A DNA stretch of 63,156 nt, filler included, from Chiloscyllium plagiosum (Eukaryota), in NCBI RefSeq assembly GCF_004010195.1. It is 5 parts of 5 records of this genome, joined end to end, with 100 filler letters (N's around TTAATTAATTAA, not from the genome) between each part and the next. Parts side by side here need not be neighbours in the genome. Positions count along the whole stretch, not along the records: positions 1 to 21,595 come from NW_025211064.1; positions 21,696 to 33,554 come from NW_025214318.1; 3 more parts are not named here. The stretch is one strand, 5' to 3'. How positions within the stretch are numbered: position 1 is the stretch's first letter; every line of letters begins with the position of its first letter. Shown in pieces: positions 13,712 through 25,287 of the stretch. Both the position numbers and the translations under genes were made by a program. A model generated the notes under the pieces. It saw only the letters and a list, made by a program, of their open reading frames with translations, searched no databases and was not told where the DNA came from.

Positions 13712-15580
13712 TGGGAAGGAAGCCCTTGTTTATTGGTCTCTTCTGGAGCATTCAGTGGGAAGGAGGCCCATGTTTAATGGTGTATATTGGAGGTTCCAGT
13801 GTGAAGCAGGTCCATGTTTACTGGTCCTGTGGGAAGGTGGCCCATGTATACATCATCAAAGAGTCATAGAGGTTTACAGTATGGCATTAGGCCCTTCAGC
13901 TCAACTCATCCATGCCGACCAAGTTTCCAATACTTAATTAGTCCCATTTGCCTGTGTTTGGCCCAAATCTCTCTAAATCCTTCCTATCCATGAAATGTAG
14001 TAATTGTACTCGCCCCTACCACTTCCTCTGGCAGCTCATTACATATTTGCACCAACCTCTGTGTGAAAAGCTTGCCTCTCAGGTCCCTTCTAATTCTTCT
14101 CCCTCTCAACTTAAACCTTTCCTTCTAGTACTGGACTCTCCTACCCTGGGGAAAAAACTTTGACTATTCACCCTATCTATGACCCTCATGATTCTATAAA
14201 CCTCTATAAGGTCACCTCTCAATTTCCTGCATTCCCTGGAAAAACATTTCGGCCTATCCATCCTCGCCTTACAATTCAAACCCTCCAATCTTGGTAACAT
14301 CCCTGTTAATCTTTCTTTTATCCAAACCAGTGTAATAACTTCCTTCCTATAGAAGGTTGAGCAGAAATGCACACAGTGACCAAATATGGCCTTATCAATG
14401 CCTTGTCCAGCTGTAACATGATGTCCCAACTCCTGTACCCCCCCCGCTTTGACCAGTGAAGGTGAGCATGTCAAATACCTTCTTCAACATCCTGTCTATC
14501 TGTAGCACCATTTTCAAGGAACTATGCACCTGTACCCCTCAGTCTCTCTGTTCAACAACACTCCTCATGGCTCTACCATTAATTGGGTAATTCCTGCCCT
14601 GGTTTGTCTTACCAAAAGGTAACTCCTTGCATTTGTTGAAATTAAACTCCATCTGGATTTGTTGACCCACTGGCCCAGTTGATCAAGATGACATTGCACT
14701 CTTGGATACCCTTCCTCCCTGTCCACGATGCCAACAATTTTAATTTCAGCCACAAACTTACTGACCATTCCTCCTATTTTCTCATCCAAATTGTTCACAC
14801 AAATGATGAACAACAGTGGATCCAGGATCGATTCTTGTGGCAGACGGCTGGTCACTGGCCTCCAGTCTGAAGAACAACCCTCTCTCACCAGCCTCTGCCT
14901 CCTATCATCAGGCCAATTTTATATCCAATTGGCTAGCTCTCCCTGGATCCTATGTGATATAATCTTACTAAACAGTCTACCATAGGGAACCTTGTCTAAG
15001 GCCTTGCTAAAGCCCATATAGACAGTGTGTACTGCTCTACCTTTATCTATCTCCGTGATTACTTCTTCAAAAACTCAGTCATCTACTCATCTCCATAGGA
15101 AACTCCAGTGAATAGGAGGCCCATGTTTACTGGTCTCTCTTGGAGGATCCAGGCAGAAAAAGGCCCATGTCTACTGGTCTCCTTTGGAGAGTCCAGTCAG
15201 AAGGAGGCCCATGTTTACTGGTCTCCTTTGGAGAGTCCAGTCAGAAGTAGGCCAATGTTTACTGGTCTCTCTTGGAGGATCCAGGCAGAAAGAGTCCCAT
15301 GTTTACTGGTCTCTCTTGGAGGATCCAGGCAGAAGGAGGCCCATGTTTACTGGTCTCTCTTGGAGGATCCAGGCAGAAGGAGGCCCATGTTTACTGGTCT
15401 CCTTTGGAGAGTCCAGTCAGAAGGAGACCCATGTTTACTGGTCTCCTTTGGAGAGTCCAGTCAGAAGTAGGCCAATGTTTACTGGTCTCTACTGGGAGCT
15501 TCAGTGGGAAGGAGGCTCATGCCTCTCTCAATCCTGTGAACTGATGTTCATGTTTACTGGACACCGTTGGAGAGTCCAGT
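13712..15580. repeat. 44-bp minisatellite (about 3 copies at 13712-13850, about 10 at 15090-15580)
   Basis: Unit AGGAGGCCCATGTTTACTGGTCTCTCTTGGAGGATCCAGGCAGA; CCATG recurs at 15121, 15165, 15209; two interspersed variants. Confidence 0.92.
13860..15085 (-). mobile_element. CR1 LINE 3' 1.2 kb inserted in a minisatellite
   Basis: WRPVTS.LPQ.SIL.PLLF, KLRGDLIEVYRIMR; flanked on both sides by the 44-bp unit. Confidence 0.85.
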
Positions 15581-16069
15581 GCATCGTGGACATCATGGTT
15601 GGTGTGTGGTCCAGTTCCTTTCTGTTGTAATTGTGTGATGGTCCAACCCACATCCCAGTGAAACATCCTGACTCAGAGACTGATCATGGAAGGGGAAGGA
15701 GAGAAGGAGTTGGGAAAGGATTGGAACATGTTGTGAATGGACAGGATGGGTCAGTGGGTCAGAGCCTGTCCTGTCCCTCCAGCTCACACTGATGGCCTGA
15801 GGATCTCCTCTCTCTGCTGGGCCTTCATGGAATGAGGAGGTTTGTGTCCAAACCAGTCCCCACTGAGAATAGATCAACAGCACAGAACTGTCCTTCATTT
15901 GACAAGAATCTGTCCATTTTCCTGAGAGAGGTCAAACACTGGTCAATGTGAGAAGTAGTGCCTTACTCCATGAGAAGACATGCTTCTGGGGTCAAGTTTT
16001 AACATCCATTAGTGGGGCAGAGCAGAGGGAGATTTATCCTGCATTCAACTGTCACCACCGGGACACTGT

Positions 16070-16815
16070 GAGAAAGAGAGAGAAGCGAGACAGCGAGAGA
16101 GATAGAGCGAGAGTGTCTGTGTGTGTGTGATAGAGGGAGGAGCATCTGAGACAGTGTGAGATATGTGAGAGGAACAAGAGAGAGGTAGAGGGAGATAGAA
16201 ATGGTAAGGTTGAGGCATAGAAACAAGAGGAGAAAGTGAGGTCTGCAGATGCTGGAGATCAGGGATGGAAATGTGTTGCTGGAAAAGCGCAGCAGGTCAG
16301 GCAGCATCTAGGGAACAGGAGAATCGACGTTTCGCAAGATGTGACTGAGAGGGATGGAGTGAGGGAAAGAGGAAGGATGGGTGTGAGACCAAGAATGAAG
16401 GGAATCGGGAGAGAGAGGATAGGGTTGAGTGTGTGTAAGAGAGAGAGAGAGAGACATGAGTATGGTTAGAGACAGAATGACAGAGAGGGAGGGAGAAAGA
16501 CTGTAGATTGGGATGCAGAGAGGGAGGGAGAGAGACAGAGGGAGGAATAGAGAGGGGCAGATAACATTTAGAGGCTTTCAATTGAAGCGAGAGATGGAGC
16601 GAGTGACGGAGACAGAGAGAGATGGAGAATAGAAATTATCCGACAGAGTGAGGAAGCATGAGTGAGTTGGAGAGAGTGGCTATGAGGCAGAGTGAGAGAT
16701 TGAAAGAAAGAGAGAGAGAGAATATGAAAGAGATTAGCAGTGGGAGAAAGAGATAGTAATAGAGTGAAAAAAGTGGCAGATGTGAGTCAGAAAGGGAGAT
16801 AGAGAGAGAAAGGTG
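16070..16815. repeat. Purine-rich degenerate (AG)n tract containing a Penelope-type terminal fragment (16228-16335)
   Basis: GA-rich composition; gatgctggagatcag...gaatcgacgtttcg. Confidence 0.8.
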
Positions 16816-17793
16816 GACAGGTCCTGGTCATCACGTTTTGGGAAGGATGTGATTGTATTTGAGAGGGGACCTGATAGAGGGAGATAAGAATATTTGGGGC
16901 AGTGATAGGGTGGGTGGGAAGGTACTTTTTACAAGAGGAAGGGACTCAATAACCAGGGACAGGGATTGAAGGTAACATAGACATGGACACGGAGAAACTA
17001 GGAGCAGGAGAAGGCCATTCGGCCCTTTGAGTCTGCTCTGTCATTCAGTATGATCATGGCTGACCCTCCATCTCAATGCCATATTCCTGCTTTCTCTCCA
17101 TTCCCTTTATGCTGTTAAAATGCAAACAATTATATCTCTCTTTTTCTTGAATATACTCAGTTCCTTGTCATCCAAAGCTGTCTGTGATAGAGAATTCAAT
17201 ACATTGACCACCCTTTGAGTGAAGAAATGTTTCCTTGTCTCAGTCCTAAATAGTCTACATATCCCCCTGAGACTGTGTCCCCTGGTTCCAGACTCCCCAA
17301 CAGGAGAAACCTCCTCCCTGCCCAGCCCTGTTAGAATTTTATGCATTTCAATCAGATTCCCTCTCATCCTTCTAAACTCGAGTGAGTCCAGGTCCAGTCG
17401 AGTTGCAGAGTAAGAGGAGAATTGAGGAGAAATGTTCTCACCCAGAGGGTGGTGGGAGTCTGGAACTCACTGCCTGAAAGGCTGGTTGACTCACAAACTC
17501 TCGTAACACTGGAGCAGTGTTTAGATATTCCCTTGTGTTGCTGTAGGCTCCAGGGTAATGGGCCAAGAGCTGGAGGATGGGATTAGTGTCATCAGATCGC
17601 TGTTTACCAGCACAGACGCAATGGGCCAAATGGCCTCATTCAGTGCTGTTCACATCAATCACTCTCTGAGACAGAGAGAAAGAGAGAGAGAGAGAGAGAA
17701 GAGGAAGTGTGCGGGGCTGACGTGGCTCTCTCTGCCTGATGCCATTTACATACTGAGGAACATCCAGTCAGACTCTCACATCTGACCCCTCAG

Positions 17794-18092
17794 GTATCAG
17801 TGGGGACATCACCATGACCCAGTCTCCCCCAGTGCTGTCAGTGGGACTGGGCCAGACTGCAACCATCACCTGTACGGCCAGTAAAAGCATTAGTAGCTAC
17901 CTTGCTTGGTACCAGCAGCGAGAAGGTCAGAAACCCTCTCCCCTGATCTATGCTGCAACAAATCGATTCACAGGAGTCTCCAATCGATTCACCGGCAGTG
18001 GATCAGGGACCAGTTTCACCCTGAAAATCAGCAACGTTCAGAATGAGGATGTCGCTGACTATTACTGTCAGCAGCATTACAGCTACCCTCGA
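17794..18092 (+). CDS. IGKV: Ig kappa (shark NS4/type III) light-chain V exon (L-part2 + V region), germline unrearranged, open frame
   Basis: Acceptor CCCTCAG|GT ATC AGT GGG; translation [27 protein letters not shown]...[10 protein letters not shown]...[15 protein letters not shown]...[15 protein letters not shown] with both Cys and Trp; followed by a perfect 12-RSS. Confidence 0.96.
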
Positions 18093-18120
18093 CACAGTGA
18101 CACAGAGCCATACAAAAACC
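18093..18120 (+). promoter_or_regulatory. 12-spacer recombination signal sequence of V-kappa
   Basis: CACAGTG-acacagagccat(12)-ACAAAAACC, perfect consensus. Confidence 0.98.
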
Positions 18121-18527
18121 TTAAAGCACACAGAATCACCTCCTGTACTGACACATCTCACAGTTATATAAAATGCATAATAATGGACAAACAGTCCCAC
18201 CGCCTGAACTGACATATCCCACAGTTAGATCTAAATGAAACTGAACACATTACCCAATGCTGGGATTGTCACTGTCTGCTACACACTCCAGTCCCTGTGG
18301 TGTCCACTGCTCACTGAAGGCCTCAAGTTTCCCCCTTACACTCCATGGCCACTTGTGAAGAGCAGTTGCAAGATTTAACAACGAAAAATAAAGTTCACAA
18401 CCCAGAGGCAGAGACAGAAAGACATATGAATGAGGGAGAGACTGATAGGGGCACAAAGAGGGTGAGAGTGACTGACAGACTGGGAGATAGGGAGAGGGTG
18501 AGAGTGACAGAGGGAAACAGAGAGCTG

Positions 18528-18566
18528 AGGTTTTGTACAGCTTCTGCACTGGGAGCTCTCACTGTG
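18528..18566 (-). promoter_or_regulatory. 23-spacer RSS of J-kappa
   Basis: AGGTTTTGT-23 nt-CACTGTG immediately 5' of J. Confidence 0.95.
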
Positions 18567-18601
18567 GCTTACATTCGGTAAAGGAACCAAGCTCAGACTG
18601 A
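18567..18601 (+). CDS. IGKJ: Ig kappa J segment
   Basis: LTFGKGTKLRL (FGxG motif), phase-1 donor A|GTAAGT; 474 bp from the V end, typical shark V-J cluster; missed by the ORF track. Confidence 0.96.
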
Positions 18602-19739
18602 GTAAGTAAACCTCAATTCTCCGTTATTAAGCTTTCAACACCGAAACTTTCTCAATCACAAATGTTGAATTGTTGAAGGTGTTAGTGGGGAGCTGCAGTG
18701 AATGAAATGGTTGATTGAGGAGCACTGTGTCTAACAGGGTGTCCAGCTGTATTTCTTTAGTTCCATTGCCCCCTTTAAGCAGCAAGATATGTCAGTAAGT
18801 TTTACTCACCGTGTGGAGGAGCTCTGTCCATTTGCAGCCTGTGGTCCCATTCCTGCAGCATGGAGTGAAATCAGTGAGTAGCCTCCTGCCAGTCTCAGTG
18901 TGACGGACACGGGCAGAGTTTGATGTGAGCTCTGGCTCCCTGTCCCAGTCTCTGATCTCACTGACCTCAGCAGCAGCAGCAGCAGCAGCACAGTGAGACA
19001 CCGAGCTCCCACCTCCCCCAGCTTTAACTCTGCTCAATCACACAATCTCAGAATTGTTACAGTGCACAAGGAGGCCATTCTGTCCATCCTGTCTGGACCA
19101 GCTCTCTAAATGAGCAATTGACTGAGTGTCATTCGCCTGCCTTCTCCCTGTCACCCTGCACATTGTTCCTTTTCAAATAACAGTCTCATTCTCTTTGGAA
19201 TATTTCAATTGAAGCTGCCTCCACCACACTCTCAGGCAGTGCAGTCCACACCTTAACCACTCACTGGCTGAAAATGTTTTTCCCTCATTTCACTTTTGCT
19301 TCTTTTACCAATTATTTTCAATCCATGGCCTCTCCCTCTCAATTCTTTCTCAGGTGGGAACATTTTCTCCTGGTTTACTCTGTTCAGACCCCTCCTGATT
19401 TTGAATTTCTCGATCAAATCTGCTCTCTGCCTTCTCTTCTCTGAGAAAGACAGTCCCAACTTCTCCAGTCTATCTTCATAACTAACATTCCTCATCCTGG
19501 ATGGGTCAGATAGCCCACTCCTGCTCCTATTTCTAATGTTCTTATTATCTTATCTTCCAATGTGAGAGACACACATCAGATTTCCACTTAACACTCTGTG
19601 GCTGTACCTTCCCAGTCTTATTCCCAACACTCCGTGCAGTCCCATCCTTACACAGTGACCCTGATTTAGAATTTATTACTCTCTCTCCCTCACTCCTGAA
19701 ACTGGTAAGAAGTTCTATTCCTTATTCTGGTGCTATCTA

Positions 19740-20700
19740 TCTCTCCCAGGATTCTGTGCACCTCTGTGTTCCTCTCTGGTATTATCTCCTGGATCCCACA
19801 GCCCAGCCAAGTTAGTTTAAACCCTCTCCAACAGCACGAGTAAATCACCCCAAAGGAACTCAGTCCCAGGTCTGTTCAGGAGCAACCCGTCTGGTCTGTA
19901 CATGTCCATCTCCCCCCAAAGCCAGTCCCAATGTTAAAATAATCGAAAGACCTTCCTCCTGGACTGTCTTTTCAGTTCCACAGTCACCTGTGCTATCCTC
20001 CTCTTTCTATTCTCAGTTGCGAAGGGCACTGGGGGTAATCTTGGAGATTCCTACTTTTGAGCTCCTGCTGCTAATTCCCTCTGGAACTCCCTACATTCTG
20101 ATTGCAGGACCACATCCCTTTTCTCCCGCTGTCACTGGGACTGATGTGGACCACCACTGCTGCCTGTTCCCCTTCTCCCCTCAGGGTGCTCTGCAGCTGC
20201 TCAGTGACAGCCTTGACCCTGGCACCAGGGAGACAACACACCATTCTGGATTCCCATCTGCAGCTGCAGAAACACCTATCAATTGCCTTCACTCCCGAAT
20301 CTCCCCTCACTATCGCTCTTCCAGTCTTCCTTGTGCCCCCCTGAACAGCTGAGCCCCCTGTGGTGCCAGGGACTTGGCTCTGGCTGCACTCCCCAGATGA
20401 ACCATCATTCTGATCAGGATTCCAAACTGAATCCTGGTTGGAGAGTGGAATACACTCAGGGGATTCCTGTACTAGCTGCCTGGTCCTTTTGGACTGTCTG
20501 CTGCTCCCCCATTCCCTCCCTCCCTGCATACTCTGAAACTGCAGAGTGACCACATCTAGAAACGTGCTCTCCACGGAGCTCTCAGCCTCACGGACGCTCC
20601 GCACTGACACCAGCTGCTGCTCAAGCTCCGGAACCCGGAGTTCCAACTACAGTCACTGACCACACTTCCTGTGCTCATGGTATTCCAGGAAGCAGGACAA
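19740..20700 (-). mobile_element. CR1 LINE ORF1 (SGNH esterase-type) fragment
   Basis: LELRVPELEQQL, AIVRGDS, MVCCLPGARVK, VVVHISPSD (HIGTND-like). Confidence 0.85.
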
Positions 20701-20814
20701 GCAGTTCTCTCATGCAACCTGCTGCACACTCTCACCACTCCCTGATTATCTTTTGTCAAAGTTCTTTTGAGAAACAGCGACAGCAGGGTTCACAATCCAG
20801 TACTTTCAATGTCC

Positions 20815-21155
20815 ATAGAATCACATAATTCCTACAATATGGAAACAGGCCATTTGGTCCAACAAGTCCACACTGACCCTCCGAACAGTAACCCACTCAG
20901 ACCCATTCCCCGACCTTTTTAACCTACATTTACTCCTGACTAATGTACCTAACCTACACTATGGGCAATTGAGCATGGCCAATTCACCGAACCTGCACAG
21001 CTTTGGACTGTGGGAGGAAACCAGAGCACCCGGAGGAAACCCACGCAGTCACAGGGAGAACATGCAAACTCCACACAGACAGTCGCCCAAGGCTAGAATC
21101 AAACCTGGGTCCATAGCGCTGTGAGGCAGCAGGGCTAACCGCTAAGTGACCGTAC
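20815..21155 (-). mobile_element. HE1-type tRNA-derived SINE
   Basis: Reverse complement of the tRNA head, tgtggagtttgca core and CR1-like tail. Confidence 0.85.
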
Positions 21156-21595
21156 TTCCAGTTTTCCAGGGTTTCAAGGAACCTATGCATAAACCCAAAA
21201 TACTTAAGATATAGGAACAGAATTGGGCCAGTCAGAATAGAGTCTGCTCTGCCATTTGATCTTGTGTGATGTGTTCCTCAACCCCATTCTCCTGCATTCT
21301 CCTTTTAACTTTTGATCTCCTTACTGATCAAGAACGTATCTTTCTCTGTTTTAAATACTCTCAACACCGTGGCCTCCATAGACCTCTGTGACAATGATTT
21401 CCGCAGATTCACCACCCTGTGGCTGAAGAAATGCCTCCTTATCTCAGTTCTGACGGATCATTCTTCACTCTAAGGCTGTGCCTTCGGGCCCTAGTTTCTT
21501 CTACTCGTGGAAACACCTTCTCCATGTTCTCCAGGCCTCTCAATATTCTGTAGTTTCAATACGATTCCCCCCTCATCTTTCTGAACACAATTGTA

Positions 21596-21695
21596 NNNNN
21601 NNNNNNNNNNNNNNNNNNNNNNNNNNNNNNNNNNNNNNNTTAATTAATTAANNNNNNNNNNNNNNNNNNNNNNNNNNNNNNNNNNNNNNNNNNNN
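21596..21695. other. Artificial scaffold linker (44N-TTAATTAATTAA-44N)
   Basis: Exact 100-bp spacer whose core has stop codons in all six frames; identical at four positions. Confidence 0.97.
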
Positions 21696-21837
21696 TGTTC
21701 CCAATCTGTGCATTTTCAATAAATAGCTACATTTTACAACAAAATATCAACTGAAGAGTCATTCTTTCGGAAACAGTGAATTATGTGACCAAGGCCAAAT
21801 TTGGAATTAATTAAAATAATGGACCCAAGAACTCGCA

Positions 21838-22160
21838 GGGCAGCATGGTGGCTCAGTGGTTGGCGCTGCTGCCTCACAGCGATTCCACCCTCGGGTGACT
21901 GCCTGTGTAGAGTTTGCACATTCTCCCTGTGTCTGCGTGGGTTTCCTTCGGGCGCTCTGGTTTCCTACCACAGTCCAAAAGTTGGGCAATTCAGGTGATT
22001 GGCTGTGTTAAATTACACATAGTATTCAGGGATGTGTAGGTTAGGGTGCATGAGTCGGGGTAAATATAAATTAGGGGGAATGGGTCTGGGTGTGCGACTT
22101 CCTGTTCAGAGGGTCAATGTGGAATTGTTGGGCCAAATGGCCTGTTTCCATACTGTAAGA
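21838..22160 (+). mobile_element. HE1-type SINE
   Basis: ggcagcatggtggctcagtggtt A-box head, core, tail gggccaaatggcctgtttcc. Confidence 0.85.
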
Positions 22161-23408
22161 ACTCTACTCTTAAAATCATGGGCGGACTTGCTGCAAACAC
22201 AGAGAAATCATTTTACATCGATGTGTTCAGACGTATGCAGAGTTCACAAATTTGCAGAAGACATGAACTAGAGGATAACAGAGTACAATGTTTATTCAGA
22301 CTCTGAAAATAGAGTAATATTTATTTTAATTAATATACTTGACCGATTTATTGCAATGTAGCGATCAGAAGGAATCTGCTCATATTAGTGTGCTCAAGTG
22401 TGACAATCATTTCGATTCGATTTCCTGCAGTAGGTATCGGGCCATTTGGCACAACAAGTCCACAAAAACCCTCTGAAGAGTAACCCAGCCAGACCCATTC
22501 CCCTACCCTATTCATCTCGCGCTTCAAAACCACTTTTATCTGTTAGAAATACAATATTCGATGAGGTGTCTCAGAATTGAGAACCCTGACTAAGTCGGTC
22601 CAATCAGAACGAACGTTTCAGGAAGAAAAGGCAGTTAGCAAGTGTTTTGAAATTGGTTGTTGGCAACAAGAGATATTTGATTGAGCAAGGCAGAGGGAAA
22701 TATGTTGTATATTTTCTTTGTGCCTCAGTTATGCAGGACATGTTTCGTGGCACAATGTAGAATCAGATTTTTTTTTGCATCTTATTATTTGAAAACCTAT
22801 TATCAGCTTTTAATCTCACTGGCAAAGGTCATATTACACTTCAAAACATTTTAATCTTTTTCAAACTAAGTCGACCGTCTGGTGCAGCGACATGCACAGG
22901 GGAAAGAGGAAGGGAGATCTAGGTTGAAATCCCGTGACAGTGAATTGATGGCAATGTAATTCCTAGTTTTATTCCTCCGCAGTTCCCATAGAGTTTGAAC
23001 AATTTGGAGCTGCTGTCAAAGTATTCTTGGAAAAATGTTGAAATGTTACTTTCATTGTACAAACATTCTGGAACAATCCCTGATGTTGGAAGGTGTTAAT
23101 AACTAACATGGTTTATGTACTGTCAAAACAGGTGGGCTGTGTTCTCCGTGATAGTGTCGAGCTCATTGTGTTCAGGTCTGTTGTGAAGCTGTAGTAGGGT
23201 CGCTGATTCTGTGCCAGGTGTCCTGTGTTCACTTACAACCTGTTCGAGAGGTATGTAATACCATCTCTTATCAGGTTACTTCAGTGCAAGAAAGCAGATT
23301 GAAATGTTTGGCTGTTTGTTGGAATTCCACTCACAGAGGCCAGTGAAATCTATTCAATCGCTGTCCTGACTCCTGTCTCTTAGATATTAAACAGAATTTT
23401 GGTGGTTA

Positions 23409-23682
23409 GCAGCTTTTTACAGATCAATATTTGTTCACAAGCTTTTGGGCATCGCTAGAAGGGGTGAATGGAGGAAGTGCTCAAAGAAATCCCAGCTTTT
23501 GACATGCTGTTCGAACAATATCATTTATAACTAATCCAGAATGAAGCAGCTTTTTCCAGATCAATATTTGTTCACAAGCTTTTGGGCATCGCTAGAAGGG
23601 GTTAATGGAGGAAGTGCTCAAAGAAATCCCAGCTTTTGACATGCTGTTCGAACAATATCATTTATAACTAATCCAGAATGAA
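23409..23682. repeat. Tandem duplication 2 x 137 bp
   Basis: Near-identical copies (2 differences seen). Confidence 0.93.
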
Positions 23683-24527
23683 TCATTTTCGAAGCATATT
23701 TGATGAGATTATGCTTAGGCCGTTTTACCTTATATTAAACCAGTGCTGTGGCTGAATTTGATTTTTCAGTACGATGGGGGTTCTGCTGAATCCAACACTT
23801 GCAGCAGATGGTGATAGCTTTTCAGTTGGTCTTCAATTGCTATCTCAGACCATCCAGTACCTCTGCTAAGAATNNNNNNNNNNNNNNNNNNNNNNNNNNN
23901 NNNNNNNNNNNNNNNNNNNNNNNNNNNNNNNNNNNNNNNNNNNNNNNNNNNNNNNNNNNNNNNNNNNNNNNNNNNNNNNNNNNNNNNNNNNNNNNNNNNN
24001 NNNNNNNNNNNNNNNNNNNNNNNNNNNNNNNNNNNNNNNNNNNNNNNNNNNNNNNNNNNNNNNNNNNNNNNNNNNNNNNNNNNNNNNNNNNNNNNNNNNN
24101 NNNNNNNNNNNNNNNNNNNNNNNNNNNNNNNNNNNNNNNNNNNNNNNNNNNNNNNNNNNNNNNNNNNNNNNNNNNNNNNNNNNNNNNNNNNNNNNNNNNN
24201 NNNNNNNNNNNNNNNNNNNNNNNNNNNNNNNNNNNNNNNNNNNNNNNNNNNNNNNNNNNNNNNNNNNNNNNNNNNNNNNNNNNNNNNNNNNNNNNNNNNN
24301 NNNNNNNNNNNNNNNNNNNNNNNNNNNNNNNNNNNNNNNNNNNNNNNNNNNNNNNNNNNNNNNNNNNNNNNNNNNNNNNNNNNNNNNNNNNNNNNNNNNN
24401 NNNNNNNNNNNNNNNNNNNNNNNNNNNNNNNNNNNNNNNNNNNNNNNNNNNNNNNNNNNNNNNNNNNNNNNNNNNNNNNNNNNNNNNNNNNNNNNNNNNN
24501 NNNNNNNNNNNNNNNNNGGAGATCAGA

Positions 24528-24701
24528 GCTGAAAATGTGTTGCTGGAAAAGCGCAGCAGGTCAGGCAGCATCCAAGGAGCAGGAGAATCGACGTTTCGGC
24601 ATGAGCCCTTTTTCCTGAAGGGGTCATGCCCGAAACGTCGATTCTCCTGCTCCTTGGATGCTGTCTGACCTGCTGCGCTTTTCCAGCAACACATTTTCAG
24701 C
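24528..24701. repeat. Inverted repeat of about 80-bp arms (two Penelope-type termini)
   Basis: gctgaaaatgtgttgctggaaaagcgc...gcgcttttccagcaacacattttcagc. Confidence 0.9.
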
Positions 24702-24838
24702 AGTTGCTAAAATTGAGGGAAGCTTCATTACAATTATATGATTAAGACATAGCTGTTCATTCAGTGCAAACACAGTCAAATCACACACAAGGAAACCATG
24801 ATTTGGAGGTGTTGGTGTTGGACTGGGGTGTACAAAGT

Positions 24839-25002
24839 TAAAAATCACACAACACCAGGTTATTTTCCAACAGGTTTAATTGGAAGCACACGAGCTTTCG
24901 GAGCGACGCTCCTTCATCAGGTGATAGTGGAGCGCCGCTCCGAAAGCTTGATTGCTTCCAATAAAAGCTGTTGGACTATAACCTGTTGTTGTGTGATTTT
25001 TA
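24839..25002. repeat. Inverted repeat of about 70-bp arms (another Penelope-type family)
   Basis: taaaaatcacacaacaccaggttat...ataacctgttgttgtgtgattttta. Confidence 0.88.
24889..24923 (-). ncRNA. Minimal type I hammerhead ribozyme motif in a Penelope-type terminal repeat
   Basis: cac-CUGAUGA-a-GGAGC guc GCUCC-GAAA-gc-UC-gug. Confidence 0.72.
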
Positions 25003-25287
25003 AAAAAGGAAACCATGTCACCTTGTGTAGACATACAAGTGCCTCAAATAATTTTCAATTCGTCCAGTGGTTGTTTGAATCTCTAGACAGGTGTGGAAGT
25101 ATTAGACTTTTTATCTCGCCTTGAGAAACCAGTTGTCACCAGTCTATTTGAATTACTGAAGTTTGAGTGGCATTAGCACATTCACAGCGCTGTTAGGAAG
25201 TGAGTCTCATGGCTGTGATTGAGGAAGAGGAGACGGGCAGGGAAATAGTTGAGAGTCAAGTTGAAGTCTGATTTGGAGGAAAGCTTT

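Noticed and set aside
15090-15580. CRISPR-like regular repeats and overlapping repetitive ORFs
   Set aside because: Contiguous 44-bp units without unique spacers, in vertebrate DNA
18125-18260. Short direct repeats with CACAG words between V and J
   Set aside because: No nonamers; no evidence for a D-like segment
18806-19012. Minus-strand ORF with signal-peptide-like poly-Leu and a GTGAGT donor
   Set aside because: Poly-Leu comes from the (CAG)7 repeat, the start is non-ATG, and no downstream exon was identified
21640-21651. Recurrent palindrome TTAATTAATTAA
   Set aside because: Synthetic six-frame stop linker
23799-24694. Long ORFs in the track (also 30968-32152, 53292-54446, 59075-59563)
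   Set aside because: Their length comes from N runs
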